Source: Yuukianura sp. NJ FZ-2021
Taxonomy: Eukaryota
NCBI GenBank assembly: GCA_046563655.1
Contig: CM102287.1
Coordinates: forward strand, 10,540,001 to 10,604,000
Reading direction: 5' to 3'
Length of the DNA stretch: 64,000 nucleotides
Shown here: positions 1 through 13,800 of the stretch, in pieces
How the letters are laid out: each line of letters begins with the position of its first letter
Numbering within the stretch: the first letter of the stretch is position 1
Translations under genes and position numbers: made by a program
Notes under the pieces: model-generated
Told to the model about the DNA's origin: nothing
Databases searched by the model: none
Seen by the model: only the letters and a program-made list of their open reading frames with translations

Positions 1-944
1 ACCACGGGGATTTGGAGAAGAAGAAAGTGATGGAGACGAAACGGACGTTGACGGGGGAGGGAGAGCAGGGCAGCAATGGGGGCCCTTCGCCTCCACTCAG
101 CCCTTCCTACATGGATGAACTCTCTTCCGTCCCAACTCAACGCTACGTTCCACCACCCGCCCAATCATACCAACAGAGACCTTCCAGTTATGAGACAGGG
201 GTTTCTGGAGACGATCGCATCCAGCAGCAGGCTCCACCGCACTACCATCCCCCTCCTCCCCAACAACCAAACACATACGCTGGACGGGCGGCTCAGAACG
301 TCGTCTATTCGTCAGACATCGGAGGTCGGTCTCTCTTACACTAAGAGTCAAATGAATTTTAGACCATTCCATTACTCATCTCACTTTTAGGGAATTTGAA
401 TGCGAACTCTGGGAGGAAAGTGGGGTCGATTGCTGACTATGACCCAGTGAACAACTACTTTGGATCGCTGGATCAACAAAGGCCTCAACAGGTACAAGTC
501 TCACTTGTTGAAATTGTTTACTAAAGGATTAAACGATTTCCTAACCAATACTTTTTCTACTTTCCTTTATTAATACTTGTACTTTTTCTCAATTCTTGTC
601 TCTTGTTTTGAAAGGGTGTCCGAGGAGTGGGTTCACACGTACAGCCTCCTGCTCAGCACAGTCAGCGTCATCCAGCACAAGGTCTTTTGGATAATGGCTA
701 TGGCGTCTGCTACCGTGCTTTGTATGACTACGAAGCACAGGACAGAGACGAGGTCACACTTCTCACTTGACTTCCACTTCAACTCCTTACTAAATTGTTG
801 GTTTTTGAATATTAGGTGAGCTTCGTGGATGGTGATTTGATCATCAATTGCACTGCAGTGGAGGAGGGATGGATGACAGGAACAATCCAGAGAAGTGGAC
901 GTCGCGGAATGCTTCCAGCAAATTATGTCACTCCAGCCAACTAA
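1..944 (+). CDS. Lasp: LIM and SH3 domain protein Lasp, 3' part (5' end outside window); exons 1-324, 391-491, 615-752, 816-944
   Basis: GT-AG splicing joins in-frame peptides including [10 protein letters not shown] (Lasp linker motif) and a C-terminal nebulin/Lasp-type SH3: [56 protein letters not shown], stop TAA at 942-944. Confidence 0.85.
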
Positions 945-1320
945 AATCCGTCCACTGGCCTTCTAACTCAAGTCTTCCGTCGAGTCTCCGAACTCACCTG
1001 CAGTAACTCTCCAATGCCAAACTCTTTTCTTATAAAATAACAATTTCCAAGCTACTCTGCTCCTTTTTGTCGGCAGACAAGGAACCAATCAACTCCATTC
1101 CGTCGAACCAATCATAATTCCCACTCCTTCCGCTTCGTCAATTACTAATAAATCAACTTCAAAGCAGCTCACTCTCCAACTAAGCTACAATCAACTTACT
1201 CCTTTCTCTTTTGTGGGGAGGAACAAAGACAAACTTTATTTACATGAATTGAAAAATATGAAGGACAATTTTGGTTTTGGAGGAGTTGGAGGAGAGAAAG
1301 CGAAAAGGGGGGCGTTGGGC

Positions 1321-3373
1321 TTAAAAGTTTGAACGATTGGCGGGCGTTGTGGGGGGCCGAGTGAAGTGACCCCCTCTGCCTCGCTGTGTTGGGCGAGAAG
1401 TTGGTTGGAGCGATGGTTTGGGTTTCCTGCCTCTCCGTTCCACACGCTGAAAGTCATCTCCCTCCTCCGCCTGACTCCGGAGGTCACGCTCATCTTCGGG
1501 CTCACTGTTTGTGTCTTTGTGATCAGAGTCTGGGTGCGGAGACTGGGCCTGATCTCGACTCGACTGTCCATCCTCCCCTCCGTCTTCCTCTGGCACTGTC
1601 ACTTCCTCCGCTTCACTCCGAATCTCCTCCCGATCACGACGATCTTTCCAGGCATTCGATGGGGGAGGTTGTGCACTTTCGGATTTGGGCACAGAGTCAC
1701 TGCAACCAAAAACAACTTCAGTCCAGCAAAACAATTGATGGGAATTTGGTCAAAAGTAGAAAAAGTGGAGGAACATCGCTTCTCCATCAAGGTTAAAATG
1801 GTGGAAGGCTCCATCATATTTCACAATTTCAATTTTGATCAAGTTAAAAACAGAAAGTAAAAAAGTGAAACGTTTACTTGGCTCTCCTCTGTTCCTCCTG
1901 TTCTGCCAGTTTCCGTTCGATTTCTCTTTCACGAGCAGCCGTATCGACTGGGCGTGCATCTCCAAAGATGGCTGCATTGGCCACAACAGAGTCAGAAGGA
2001 GACTGTGTGACTGTCCGAGGAGCAATAACGAGTTTCTTCCTTTCCCGCGGCGGTGACGCCTTCCTTCCTTCTGGTTCTTGTCTAGGTGGGGCTGGAGGGC
2101 GTTGAGACCGAACATCGCTGAAATCGGGAGACATCTCTCGACTCCGACTGCCGTATCGCCCATCTCGACTCCCTCCGGCACGATCTCTGCTTCGGAAGGA
2201 ACGATCCTCTTCCGGCTCCACTCTAGCCACTGCAGGTCTCCGCCATGTTGTCGCTTCTTCTTCTTCTGATCCAACACCACTCCCTCCTCCATCCCGCCCA
2301 AATCTAAACGAATGGAAACTTTTAGGCAACTTCTCAATCACATTTACTTGCTCAATCCTAAACTATTTTAGGTTAGAAATGAACATGAAAGTGAGGAAAG
2401 TTACCCTTCTCTGTCTCTGGGGAAGTTCCTTCCACGATCACCGTAGTCCCTTCTGCCACCAAAGTCACCACCACGAGACCCAACATATTCTGCTCCACCT
2501 TCATTGTCATAACGACCACCACCATACGCTCTTCTTCCAAAGTCCCCACCTCGGGATCCAAAGTCTGGTCCGTAGTTGTCCGACCTCCCACCTCGGAATT
2601 CGGGGCGATCATAGTCAGAAGGGCGGGTGGGTCCAGTCAATTGTGTGGGTGGGGCTGAGCGCCAGTCTTCCGGAGTTTGATCTGGCGCATTTCTGCTCCC
2701 TCCACGACGATCCTCTCCTTGAGATTGCCCCAAGTTGATTCTGACTGGCCTTCCGTTGAGCATTTGTTCGTTCATGCCTAGAGCGTCGATCAGATCCGAG
2801 CGCGTCTTGAACTGGACATAGCCGAATCCCCGGAGACGGTTGTTGAGGTCTCTGGGCAAGCGGAGTTCCGTCACTTGCAACTCCTTGAAGAACGCATACA
2901 CGTCACTCTCGTCAATGTCAAAGGAAATGTTGCCCATGTGGGCTGTGAAGGGCGGGTCATGCGGAATGTCCGCCTCATTGAAGTCAGGACCTCTGGACGC
3001 CCTTGGAGCCGAAGGGAGCAGCATCTTCATCTTGTTAGCAATGACCATGTCTGCAACTACACAGTTAGCACACTTTAGTGGACTCAAAGGGACTCGGAGT
3101 ATAAATAGTGCCTTACAGTCATCGTCATCCACTTCGTCAGCCCAGGACTTGGTCGTGGGTTGTTTGGAGGCATAGACCACATTCTGACCTCCAGCCGAGC
3201 CCTTGGCCTCCACAGACGCATTAAACTCCTGCAGAGAAAACGTCTGTCCCTTCGTCTTCTTTTGCTTTTCTGGAAAAGAAGGAAATTGTCTTACTGGACG
3301 AATCCATGGTAGTTGATCAACTCAATTACTTAAGTAGTGTAGTTAGTAGTAAAGAACACTTACTGGAAGCCAT
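1321..3373 (-). CDS. eIF4B: Eukaryotic translation initiation factor 4B; exons 3364-3373, 3117-3269, 2405-3050, 1878-2303, 1321-1699
   Basis: Spliced product MASKKQKKTKGQTFSLQEF...SWADE...LPSAPRA, RRM (PPFTAHMGNISFD...RLRGFGYVQF), D/R/Y/G-rich region and the IFGDARPVDTAAREREIE motif; all introns GT-AG and in phase. Confidence 0.92.
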
Positions 3374-3502
3374 GTTGTCCAATTCCCCAACAAATTGAGC
3401 AGTTACGCACTTGAAATTGAAAAGAGTTGAACCTCTGCCCACTTCCACACTTTTTCAAATCTATTCCACGTCGTGCCTTTTCAAATCCCACACTTCCCGC
3501 TT

Positions 3503-3586
3503 CACTTCACTCAAGGGTATCCACCGTATCTGTGAAATAGTCTCTCCTCCTTTCCCTTCCTATGTTTTCGAGTGAGTGAGTGGAAA
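3503..3586 (+). repeat. ~80-bp dispersed direct repeat, copy 1 (copy 2 at 34333-34410)
   Basis: cacttcactcaagggtatccaccgtatctgtgaaatagtctctc...gagtggaaa aligns with cacttcactcaagtgtatccgccgtatctgccaaatagtctctt...gagtgtggaaa. Confidence 0.75.
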
Positions 3587-3702
3587 CTTATGTGAATTAT
3601 CTGAGGGGAGATCGATTGCCTTTCAACACCATTTGCTACAAGTTTTTTTTGAACAACACAAACAAAAATTCCTTGAAGCAAATCGAGACGTGGAAAATAA
3701 GG

Positions 3703-4030
3703 TTCGTCTAGTTTACGTTCAAACTCTTTTGCAATCGATTTTAAATTCGTGACTATGACGTAACTTCGTTGTCTTACATCACAGATAGCAACATATATAC
3801 ATTATCTGAATCAGGAAGTCAAACCCGTTCCAACGATATGCTATTTGCATGGAGTCGTCATAAGATCACATGGCGACATTTGAACCCCCGTCACACTTTA
3901 CCCTTTGACTTTGGGGGGCTAAAAATTGGTACAAATGATAACAACATCTCCACTGACAACTGCTTTAAATTTATTCACATCGAAACGAGCAGCTTTTTCG
4001 CTTAGTTTTGTCCCAAACAATTTCCGCAAA
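3703..4030 (+). repeat. Satellite-flanking repeat segments homologous to 33473-33653
   Basis: caaactcttttgcaatcgattttaaattcgtgactatgac (3720-3759) recurs at 33601-33640; cccgtcac...ggctaaaa.ttg.tacaaatgat..aacatc (3886-3950) recurs at 33473-33535. Confidence 0.75.
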
Positions 4031-4109
4031 CCCGTCCTTATGGACTTTTCTATACAAAAGTTGCAAAATTCTGGCGTAGCCATGTTTTACGTTACACAGC
4101 AACATTATC

Positions 4110-4800
4110 ACCCACCTTTACTGCGCAAAAGTTAAATGACTACTTTTTCCTCGTGTGTCCTCACCTTTACCGTGAAAAAATTAAATGACAACTTTTTCGT
4201 AGTGTATCAGCACCTTTACTGTGAAAAAATTAAATGATTACTTTTTCCTCGTGTGTCCTCACCAAAGATTTTTAAACAAAACTTTTCCTAACTAATAGAT
4301 GCGAAATGAATACCATTTTAAACAAAATTTTTGAAGCTAACGTTTTCCAGTTTCTCCTGACAACTCACTGAAATTCATAGAACTTAAGGCTGCTTCACAC
4401 ACCATTCTATTCCTTGCAGTCTGATATTTGGTTAAACCGCGAATACCCTTTAACGAACACTACTCCCTTCTGTTGCAGTTGTTGAGTTATTTAAACTAAC
4501 AAAGTGAGAACCGATTTGAAAATTTGATTTATTGTGGATCGCTGCACGACGTTCTTTCGCTGATGTATGCACAGGCCTTAATCCCACAAGTGCAAGCGGA
4601 TTCGTCCACCAGCGTCCGCCAGGAAATTGGTTTCAAACTTTTTCGTTGAAATCACGCAATACTTCCTCTCTAGTTAGAACAAAAACCTACAAAATCACCT
4701 TGACAACTCTCTGGTCCTCACCTTTACTGTGAAATAATTAACTGACAACTTTTCCTCGTGTATCATCGCCTTTACTGTGAGAAAAAACTTTTGCATCGTG
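4110..4800 (+). repeat. Degenerate 50-bp satellite-like monomers interrupted by ~450 bp of unique sequence (4264-4710)
   Basis: cacctttactgtgaaaaaattaaatgacaactttttc.tcgtgtgtc units at 4110-4263 and 4715-4800 resemble monomer A. Confidence 0.75.
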
Positions 4801-7800
4801 TGCCATCACCTTTACTTTGACAAAAATTAAATCCCAAATTTTTCATCGTGTGCCATTAGCTTTACTTTGACACAAATTAAATCCCAACTTTTTCATCCTG
4901 TGCCATCACCTTTAATTTGACAAAAATTAAATCCCAACTTTTTCATCGTGTGCCATCAGCTTTGCTTTGACAAAAATTAAATCCCAACTTTTTCATCGTG
5001 TGCCATCACCTTTAATTTGACAAAAATTAAATCCCAACTTTTTCATCGTGTGCCATCAGCTTTGCTTTGACAAAAATTAAATCCCAACTTTTTCATCGTG
5101 TGCCATCAGCTTTGCTTTGACAAAAATTAAATCCCAACTTTTTCATCGTGTGCCATCACCTTTAATTTGACAAAAATTAAATCCCAACTTTTTCATCGTG
5201 TGCCATCACCTTTACTTTGACAAAAATTAAATCCCAACTTTCTCACCGTGTGCCATCACCTTTAATTTGACAAAAATTAAATCCCAACTTTTTCATCGTG
5301 TGCCATCACCTTTAATTTGACACAAATTAAATCCCAACTTTTTCATCCTGTGCCATCAGCTTTACTTTGACAAAAATTAAATCCCAACTTTTTCATCGTG
5401 TGCCATCAGCTTTGCTTTGACAAAATTTAATCCCAACTTTTTCATCGTGTGCCATCAGCTTTGCTTTGACAAAAATAAAATCCCAACTTTTTCATCCTGT
5501 GCCATCAGCTTTGCTTTGACAAAAATTAAATCCCAACTTTTTCATCGTGTGCCATCACCTTTACTTTGACAAAAATTAAATCCCAACTTTTTCATCGTGT
5601 GCCATCACCTTTACTTTGACAAAAATTAAATCCCAACTTTTTCATCGTGTGGCATCAGCTTTGCTTTGACAAAAATTAAATCCCAACTTTTTCATCGTGT
5701 GCCATCACCTTTACTTTGACAAAAATTAAATCCCAACTTTTTCATCGTGAGCCATCAGCTTTGCTTTGACAAAAATTAAATCCCAACTTTTTCATCGTGT
5801 GCCATCACCTTTACTTTGACAAAAATTAAATCAGAACCTTTTCATCGTGTGGCATCAGCTTTGCTTTGACAAAAATTAAATCCCAACTTTTTCATCGTGT
5901 GCCATCACCTTTAATTTGACAAAAATTAAATCCCAACTTTTTCATCGTGAGCCATCACCTTTACTTTGACAAAAATTAAATCCCAAATTTTTCATCGTGT
6001 GCCATCAGCTTTACTTTGACACAAATTAAATCCCAAATTTTTCATCGTGTGCCATCACCATTAATTTGACACAAATTAAATCCCAACTTTTTCATCGTGT
6101 GCCATCACCTTTACTTTGACAAAAATTAAATCCCAACTTTTTCATCGTGTGCCATCACCTTTACTTTGACAAAAATTAAATCCCAACTTTTTCATCGTGT
6201 GGCATCAGCTTCAGCTTTGCTTTGACAAAAATTAAATCCCAACTTTTTCATCGTTTTTTACTTTTTGCAGAAATGGGAGCATACCTTATTCAAAATTTGG
6301 AAATCTCACTTTTTGTACCAATGGAAACATGCCTTTAGACAAAATTTTGAAAATGTCACTTTTTGTACCAATGGAAACATACCTTTAGACAAAATTTTGA
6401 AAATGTCACTTTTTGTACCAATGGAAACATACCTTTAGACAAAATTTTGAAAATGTCACTTTTTGTACCAATGGCAACATGCCTTTAGACAAAATTTTGA
6501 AAATCTCACTTTTTGTACAAATGGAAACATGCCTTTAGACAAAATTTTGAAAATCTCACTTTTTGTACCAATGGGAACATACCCTTAGAGAAAATTCTGA
6601 AAATTACACTTTTTGTACCAATGGAAACTAAATCCCAACTTTTTCATCGTGCGCCATCAGCTTTACTTTGACACAAATTAAATCCCAACTTTTTCATCGT
6701 GTGCCATCACCTTTAATTTGACAAAAATTAAATCCCAAATTTTTCATCGTGTGCCATCAGCTTTACTTTGACACAAATTAAATCCCAACTTTTTCATCGT
6801 GTGCCATCAGCTTTGCTTTGACAAAAATTAAATCCCAACTTTTTCATCGTGTGCCATCAGCTTTGCTTTGACAAAAATTAAATCCCAACTTTTTCATCGT
6901 GTGCCATCACCTTTAATTTGACAAAAATTAAATCCCAACTTTTTCATCGTGTGCCATCACCTTTAATTTGACAAAAATTAAATCCCAACTTTTTCATCGT
7001 GAGCCATCACCTTTACTTTGACAAAAATTAAATCCCAAATTTTTCATCGTGTGCCATCAGCTTTACTTTGACACAAATTAAATCCCAAATTTTTCATCGT
7101 GTGCCATCACCATTAATTTGACACAAATTAAATCCCAACTTTTTCATCGTGTGCCATCACCTTTACTTTGACAAAAATTAAATCCCAACTTTTTCATCGT
7201 GTGCCATCACCTTTAATTTGACAAAAATTAAATCCCAACTTTTTCATCGTGTGCCATCACCTTTAATTTGACAAAAATTAAATCCCAACTTTTTCATCGT
7301 GAGCCATCAGCTTTGCTTTGACAAAAATTAAATCCCAACTTTTTCATCGTGTGCCATCACCTTTACTTTGACAAAAATTAAATCAGAACCTTTTCATCGT
7401 GTGGCATCAGCTTTGCTTTGACAAAAATTAAATCCCAACTTTTTCATCGTGTGCCATCACCTTTAATTTGACAAAAATTAAATCCCAACTTTTTCATCGT
7501 GAGCCATCACCTTTACTTTGACAAAAATTAAATCCCAAATTTTTCATCGTGTGCCATCAGCTTTACTTTGACACAAATTAAATCCCAACTTTTTCATCGT
7601 GTGCCATCAGCTTTGCTTTGACAAAAATTAAATCCCAACTTTTTCATCGTGTGCCATCAGCTTTGCTTTGACAAAAATTAAATCCCAACTTTTTCATCGT
7701 GTGCCATCACCTTTAATTTGACAAAAATTAAATCCCAACTTTTTCATCGTGTGCCATCACCTTTAATTTGACAAAAATTAAATCCCAACTTTTTCATCGT

Positions 7801-10800
7801 GAGCCATCACCTTTACTTTGACAAAAATTAAATCCCAAATTTTTCATCGTGTGCCATCAGCTTTACTTTGACACAAATTAAATCCCAAATTTTTCATCGT
7901 GTGCCATCACCATTAATTTGACACAAATTAAATCCCAACTTTTTCATCGTGTGCCATCACCTTTACTTTGACAAAAATTAAATCCCAACTTTTTCATCGT
8001 GTGCCATCACCTTTAATTTGACAAAAATTAAATCCCAACTTTTTCATCGTGTGCCATCACCTTTAATTTGACAAAAATTAAATCCCAACTTTTTCATCGT
8101 GAGCCATCAGCTTTGCTTTGACAAAAATTAAATCCCAACTTTTTCATCGTGTGCCATCACCTTTACTTTGACAAAAATTAAATCAGAACCTTTTCATCGT
8201 GTGGCATCAGCTTTGCTTTGACAAAAATTAAATCCCAACTTTTTCATCGTGTGCCATCACCTTTAATTTGACAAAAATTAAATCCCAACTTTTTCATCGT
8301 GAGCCATCACCTTTACTTTGACAAAAATTAAATCCCAAATTTTTCATCGTGTGCCATCAGCTTTACTTTGACACAAATTAAATCCCAAATTTTTCATCGT
8401 GTGCCATCACCATTAATTTGACACAAATTAAATCCCAACTTTTTCATCGTGTGCCATCACCTTTACTTTGACAAAACTTAAATCCCAACTTTTTCATCGT
8501 GTGTCATCACCTTTAATTTGACAAAAATTAAATCCCAACTTTTTCATCGTGTGCCATCACCTTTAATTTGACACAAATTAAATCCCAACTTTTTCATCCT
8601 GTGCCATCAGTTTTGCTTTGACAAAAATTAAATCCCAACTTTTTCATCGTGAGCCATCAGCTTTGCTTTGACAAAAATTAAATCCCAACTTTTTCATCGT
8701 GTGCCATCAGCTTTGCTTTGACAAAAATTAAATCCCAACTTTTTCATCGTGTGCCATCACCTTTACTTTGACAAAAATTAAATCAGAACCTTTTCATCGT
8801 GTGGCATCAGCTTTGCTTTGACAAAAATTAAATCCCAACTTTTTCATCGTGTGCCATCACCTTTAATTTGACAAAAATTAAATCCCAACTTTTTCATCGT
8901 GAGCCATCAGCTTTGCTTTGACAAAAATTAAATCCCAACTTTTTCATCGTGTGCCATCAGCTTTGCTTTGACAAAAATTAAATCCCAACTTTTTCATCGT
9001 TTTTTACTTTTTGCAGAAATGGGAACATACCTTTATACAAAATTTTGAAAATCTCACTTTTTGTACCAATGGAAACATGCCTTTAGACAAAATTTTGAAA
9101 ATCTCACTTTTTGTACAAATGGAAACATGCCTTTAGACAAAATTTTGAAAATCTCACTTTTTGTACCAATGGGAACATACCCTTAGAGAAAATTCTGGAA
9201 ATTACACTTTTTGTACCAATGGAAACTAAATCCCAACTTTTTCATCGTGCGCCATCAGCTTTACTTTGACACAAATTAAATCCCAACTTTTTCATCGTGT
9301 GCCATCACCTTTAATTTGACAAAAATTAAATCCCAAATTTTTCATCGTGTGCCATCAGCATTGCTTTGACAAAAATTAAATCCCAACTTTTTCATCGTGT
9401 GCCATCACCTTTAATTTGACAAAAATTAAATCCCAACTTTTTCATCGTGTGCCATCACCTTTACTTTGACAAAAATTAAATCCCAACTTTTTCATCGTGT
9501 GCCATCACCTTTAATTTGACAAAAATTAAATCCCAACTTTTTCATCGTGTGCCATCACCTTTACTTTGACAAAAATTAAATCCCAACTTTTTCATCGTGA
9601 GCCATCAGCTTTGCTTTGACAAAAATTAAATCCCAACTTTTTCATCGTGTGCCATCACCTTTACTTTGACAAAAATTAAATCAGAACCTTTTCATCGTGT
9701 GGCATCAGCTTTGCTTTGACAAAAATTAAATCCCAACTTTTTCATCGTGTGCCATCACCTTTAATTTGACAAAAATTAAATCCCAACTTTTTCATCGTGT
9801 GCCATCACCTTTACTTTGACAAAAATTAAATCCCAAATTTTTCATCGTGTGCCATCAGCTTTGCTTTGACAAAAATTAAATCCCAACTTTTTCATCGTGT
9901 GCCATCACCATTAATTTGACACAAATTAAATCCCAACTTTTTCATCGTGTGCCATCACCTTTACTTTGACAAAAATTAAATCCCAACTTTTTCATCGTGT
10001 GCCATCACCTTTACTTTGACAAAAATTAAATCCCAACTTTTTCATCGTGTGGCATCAGCTTTGCTTTGACAAAAATTAAATCCCAACTTTTTCATCGTTT
10101 TTTACTTTTTGCAGAAATGGGAGCATACCTTTATACAAAATTTTGAAAATCTCACTTTTTGTACCAATGGAAACATGCCTTCAGACAAAATTTTGAAAAT
10201 CTCACTTTTTGTACCAATGGAAACATGCCTTTAGACAAAATTTGAAAATCTCACTTTTTGTACCAATGGAAACATGCCTTTAGACAAAATTTGAAAATCT
10301 CACTTTTTGTACCAATGGCAACATGCCTTTAGACAAAATTTTGAAAATCTCACTTTTTGTACAAATGGAAACATGCCTTTAGACAAAATTTTGAATATCT
10401 CACTTTTTGTACCAATGGGAACATACCCTTAGAGAAAATTCTGGAAATTACACTTTTTGTACCAATGGAAACTAAATCCCAACTTTTTCATCGTGCGCCA
10501 TCAGCTTTACTTTGACACAAATTAAATCCCAACTTTTTCATCGTGTGCCATCACCTTTAATTTGACAAAAATTAAATCCCAAATTTTTCATCGTGTGCCA
10601 TCAGCTTTACTTTGACACAAATTAAATCCCAACTTTTTCATCGTGTGCCATCAGCTTTGCTTTGACAAAAATTAAATCCCAAACTTTTTCATCGTGTGCC
10701 ATCAGCTTTGCTTTGACAAAAATTAAATCCCAACCTTTTCATCGTGTGGCATCAGCTTTGCTTTGACAAAAATTAAATCCCAACTTTTTCATCGTGTGCC

Positions 10801-13800
10801 ATCACCTTTAATTTGACAAAAATTAAATCCCAACTTTTTCATCGTGAGCCATCACCTTTACTTTGACAAAAATTAAATCCCAAATTTTTCATCGTGTGCC
10901 ATCAGCTTTACTTTGACACAAATTAAATCCCAACTTTTTCATCGTGTGCCATCACCTTTAATTTGACAAAAATTAAATCCCAACTTTTTCATCGTGTGCC
11001 ATCACCTTTAATTTGACACAAATTAAATCCCAACTTTTTCATCCTGTGCCATCAGCTTTGCTTTGACAAAAATTAAATCCCAACTTTTTCATTGTGTGCC
11101 ATCAGCTTTGCTTTGACAAAAATTAAATCCCAACTTTTTCATCGTGAGCCATCAGCTTTGCTTTGACAAAAATTAAATCCCAACTTTTTCATCGTGTGCC
11201 ATCACCTTTACTTTGACCAAAATTAAATCAGAACCTTTTCATCGTGTGGCATCAGCTTTGCTTTGACAAAAATTAAATCCCAACTTTTTCATCGTGTGCC
11301 ATCACCTTTAATTTGACAAAAATTAAATCCCAACTTTTTCATCGTGAGCCATCACCTTTACTTTGACAAAAATTAAATCCCAAATTTTTCATCGTGTGCC
11401 ATCAGCTTTACTTTGACACAAATTAAATCCCAAATTTTTCATCGTGTGCCATCACCATTAATTTGACACAAATTAAATCCCGACTTTTTCATCGTGTGCC
11501 ATCACCTTTACTTTGACAAAAATTAAATCGGAACCTTTTCATCGTGTGGCATCAGCTTTGCTTTGACAAAAATTAAATCCCAACTTTTTCATCGTGTGCC
11601 ATCACCTTTAATTTGACAAAAATTAAATCCCAACTTTTTCATCGTGAGCCATCACCTTTACTTTGACAAAAATTAAATCCCAAAGTTTTCATCGTGTGCC
11701 ATCAGCTTTACTTTGACACAAATTAAATCCCAAATTTTTCATCGTGTGCCATCACCATTAATTTGACACAAATTAAATCCCAACTTTTTCATCGTGTGCC
11801 ATCACCTTTACTTTGACAAAAATTAAATCAGAACCTTTTCATCGTGTGGCATCAGCTTTGCTTTGACAAAAATTAAATCCCAACTTTTTCATCGTGTGCC
11901 ATCACCTTTAATTTGACAAAAATTAAATCCCAACTTTTTCATCGTGAGCCATCACCTTTACTTTGACAAAAATTAAATCCCAAATTTTTCATCGTGTGCC
12001 ATCAGCTTTACTTTGACACAAATTAAATCCCAAATTTTTCATCGTGTGCCATCACCATTAATTTGACACAAATTAAATCCCAACTTTTTCATCGTGTGCC
12101 ATCACCTTTACTTTGACAAAACTTAAATCCCAACTTTTTCATCGTGTGCCATCACCTTTAATTTGACAAAAATTAAATCCCAACTTTTTCATCGTGTGCC
12201 ATCACCTTTAATTTGACAAAAATTAAATCCCAACTTTTTCATCGTGTGCCATCACCTTTAATTTGACAAAAATTAAATCCCAACTTTTTCATCGTGTGCC
12301 ATCACCTTTAATTTGACAAAAATTAAATCCCAACTTTTTCATCGTGAGCCATCACCTTTACTTTGACAAAAATTAAATCCCAAATTTTTCATCGTGTGCC
12401 ATCAGCTTTACTTTGACACAAATTAAATCCCAAATTTTTCATCGTGTGCCATCACCATTAATTTGACACAAATTAAATCCCAACTTTTTCATCGTGTGCC
12501 ATCACCTTTACTTTGACAAAACTTAAATCCCAACTTTTTCATCGTGTGCCATCACCTTTAATTTGACAAAAATTAAATCCCAACTTTTTCATCGTGTGCC
12601 ATCACCTTTACTTTGACAAAAATTAAATCCCAACTTTTTCATCGTGTGCCATCACCTTTAATTTGACAAAAATTAAATCCCAACTTTTTCATCGTGTGCC
12701 ATCACCTTTAATTTGACAAAAATTAAATCCCAACTTTTTCATCGTGTGCCATCACCTTTACTTTGACAAAAATTAAATCCCAACTTTTTCATCGTTTTTT
12801 ACTTTTTGCAGAAATGGGAACATACCTTTATACAAAATTTAGAAAATCTCACTTTTTGTACCAATGGAAACATGCCTTTAGACAAAATTTCGAAAATCTC
12901 ACTTTTTGTACAAATGGAAACATGCCTTTAGACAAAATTTTGAAAATCTCACTTTTTGTACCAATGGGAACATACCCTTAGAGAAAATTCTGGAAATTAC
13001 ACTTTTTGTACCAATGGAAACTAAATCCCAACTTTTTCATCGTGCGCCATCAGCTTTACTTTGACACAAATTAAATCCAACTTTTTCATCGTGTGCCATC
13101 ACCTTTAATTTGACAAAAATTAAATCCCAAATTTTTCATCGTGTGCCATCAGCTTTGCTTTGACAAAAATTAAATCCCAACTTTTTCATCGTGTGCCATC
13201 ACCTTTAATTTGACAAAAATTAAATCCCAACTTTTTCATCGTGTGCCATCACTTTTACTTTGACAAAAATTAAATCCCAACTTTTTCATCGTGTGCCATC
13301 ACCTTTAATTTGACAAAAATTAAATCCCAACTTTTTCATCGTGTGCCATCACCTTTAATTTGACACAAATTAAATCCCAACTTTTTCATCCTGTGCCATC
13401 AGCTTTACTTTGACAAAAATTAAATCCCAACTTTTTCATCGTGTGCCATCAGCTTTGCTTTGACAAAATTTAATCCCAACTTTTTCATCGTGTGCCATCA
13501 GCTTTGCTTTGACAAAAATAAAATCCCAACTTTTTCATCCTGTGCCATCAGCTTTGCTTTGACAAAAATTAAATCCCAACTTTTTCATCGTGTGCCATCA
13601 CCTTTACTTTGACAAAAATTAAATCCCAACTTTTTCATCGTGTGCCATCACCTTTACTTTGACAAAAATTAAATCCCAACTTTTTCATCGTGTGGCATCA
13701 GCTTTGCTTTGACAAAAATTAAATCCCAACTTTTTCATCGTGTGCCATCACCTTTACTTTGACAAAAATTAAATCCCAACTTTTTCATCGTGAGCCATCA

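Noticed and set aside
1366..3175. Plus-strand ORFs overlapping eIF4B (and similar antisense ORFs over TMUB and ELOVL)
   Set aside because: Shadow frames of real coding exons with no recognisable motifs
12763..12981. 72-aa ORF in the satellite
   Set aside because: Chance open frame across an A/B junction
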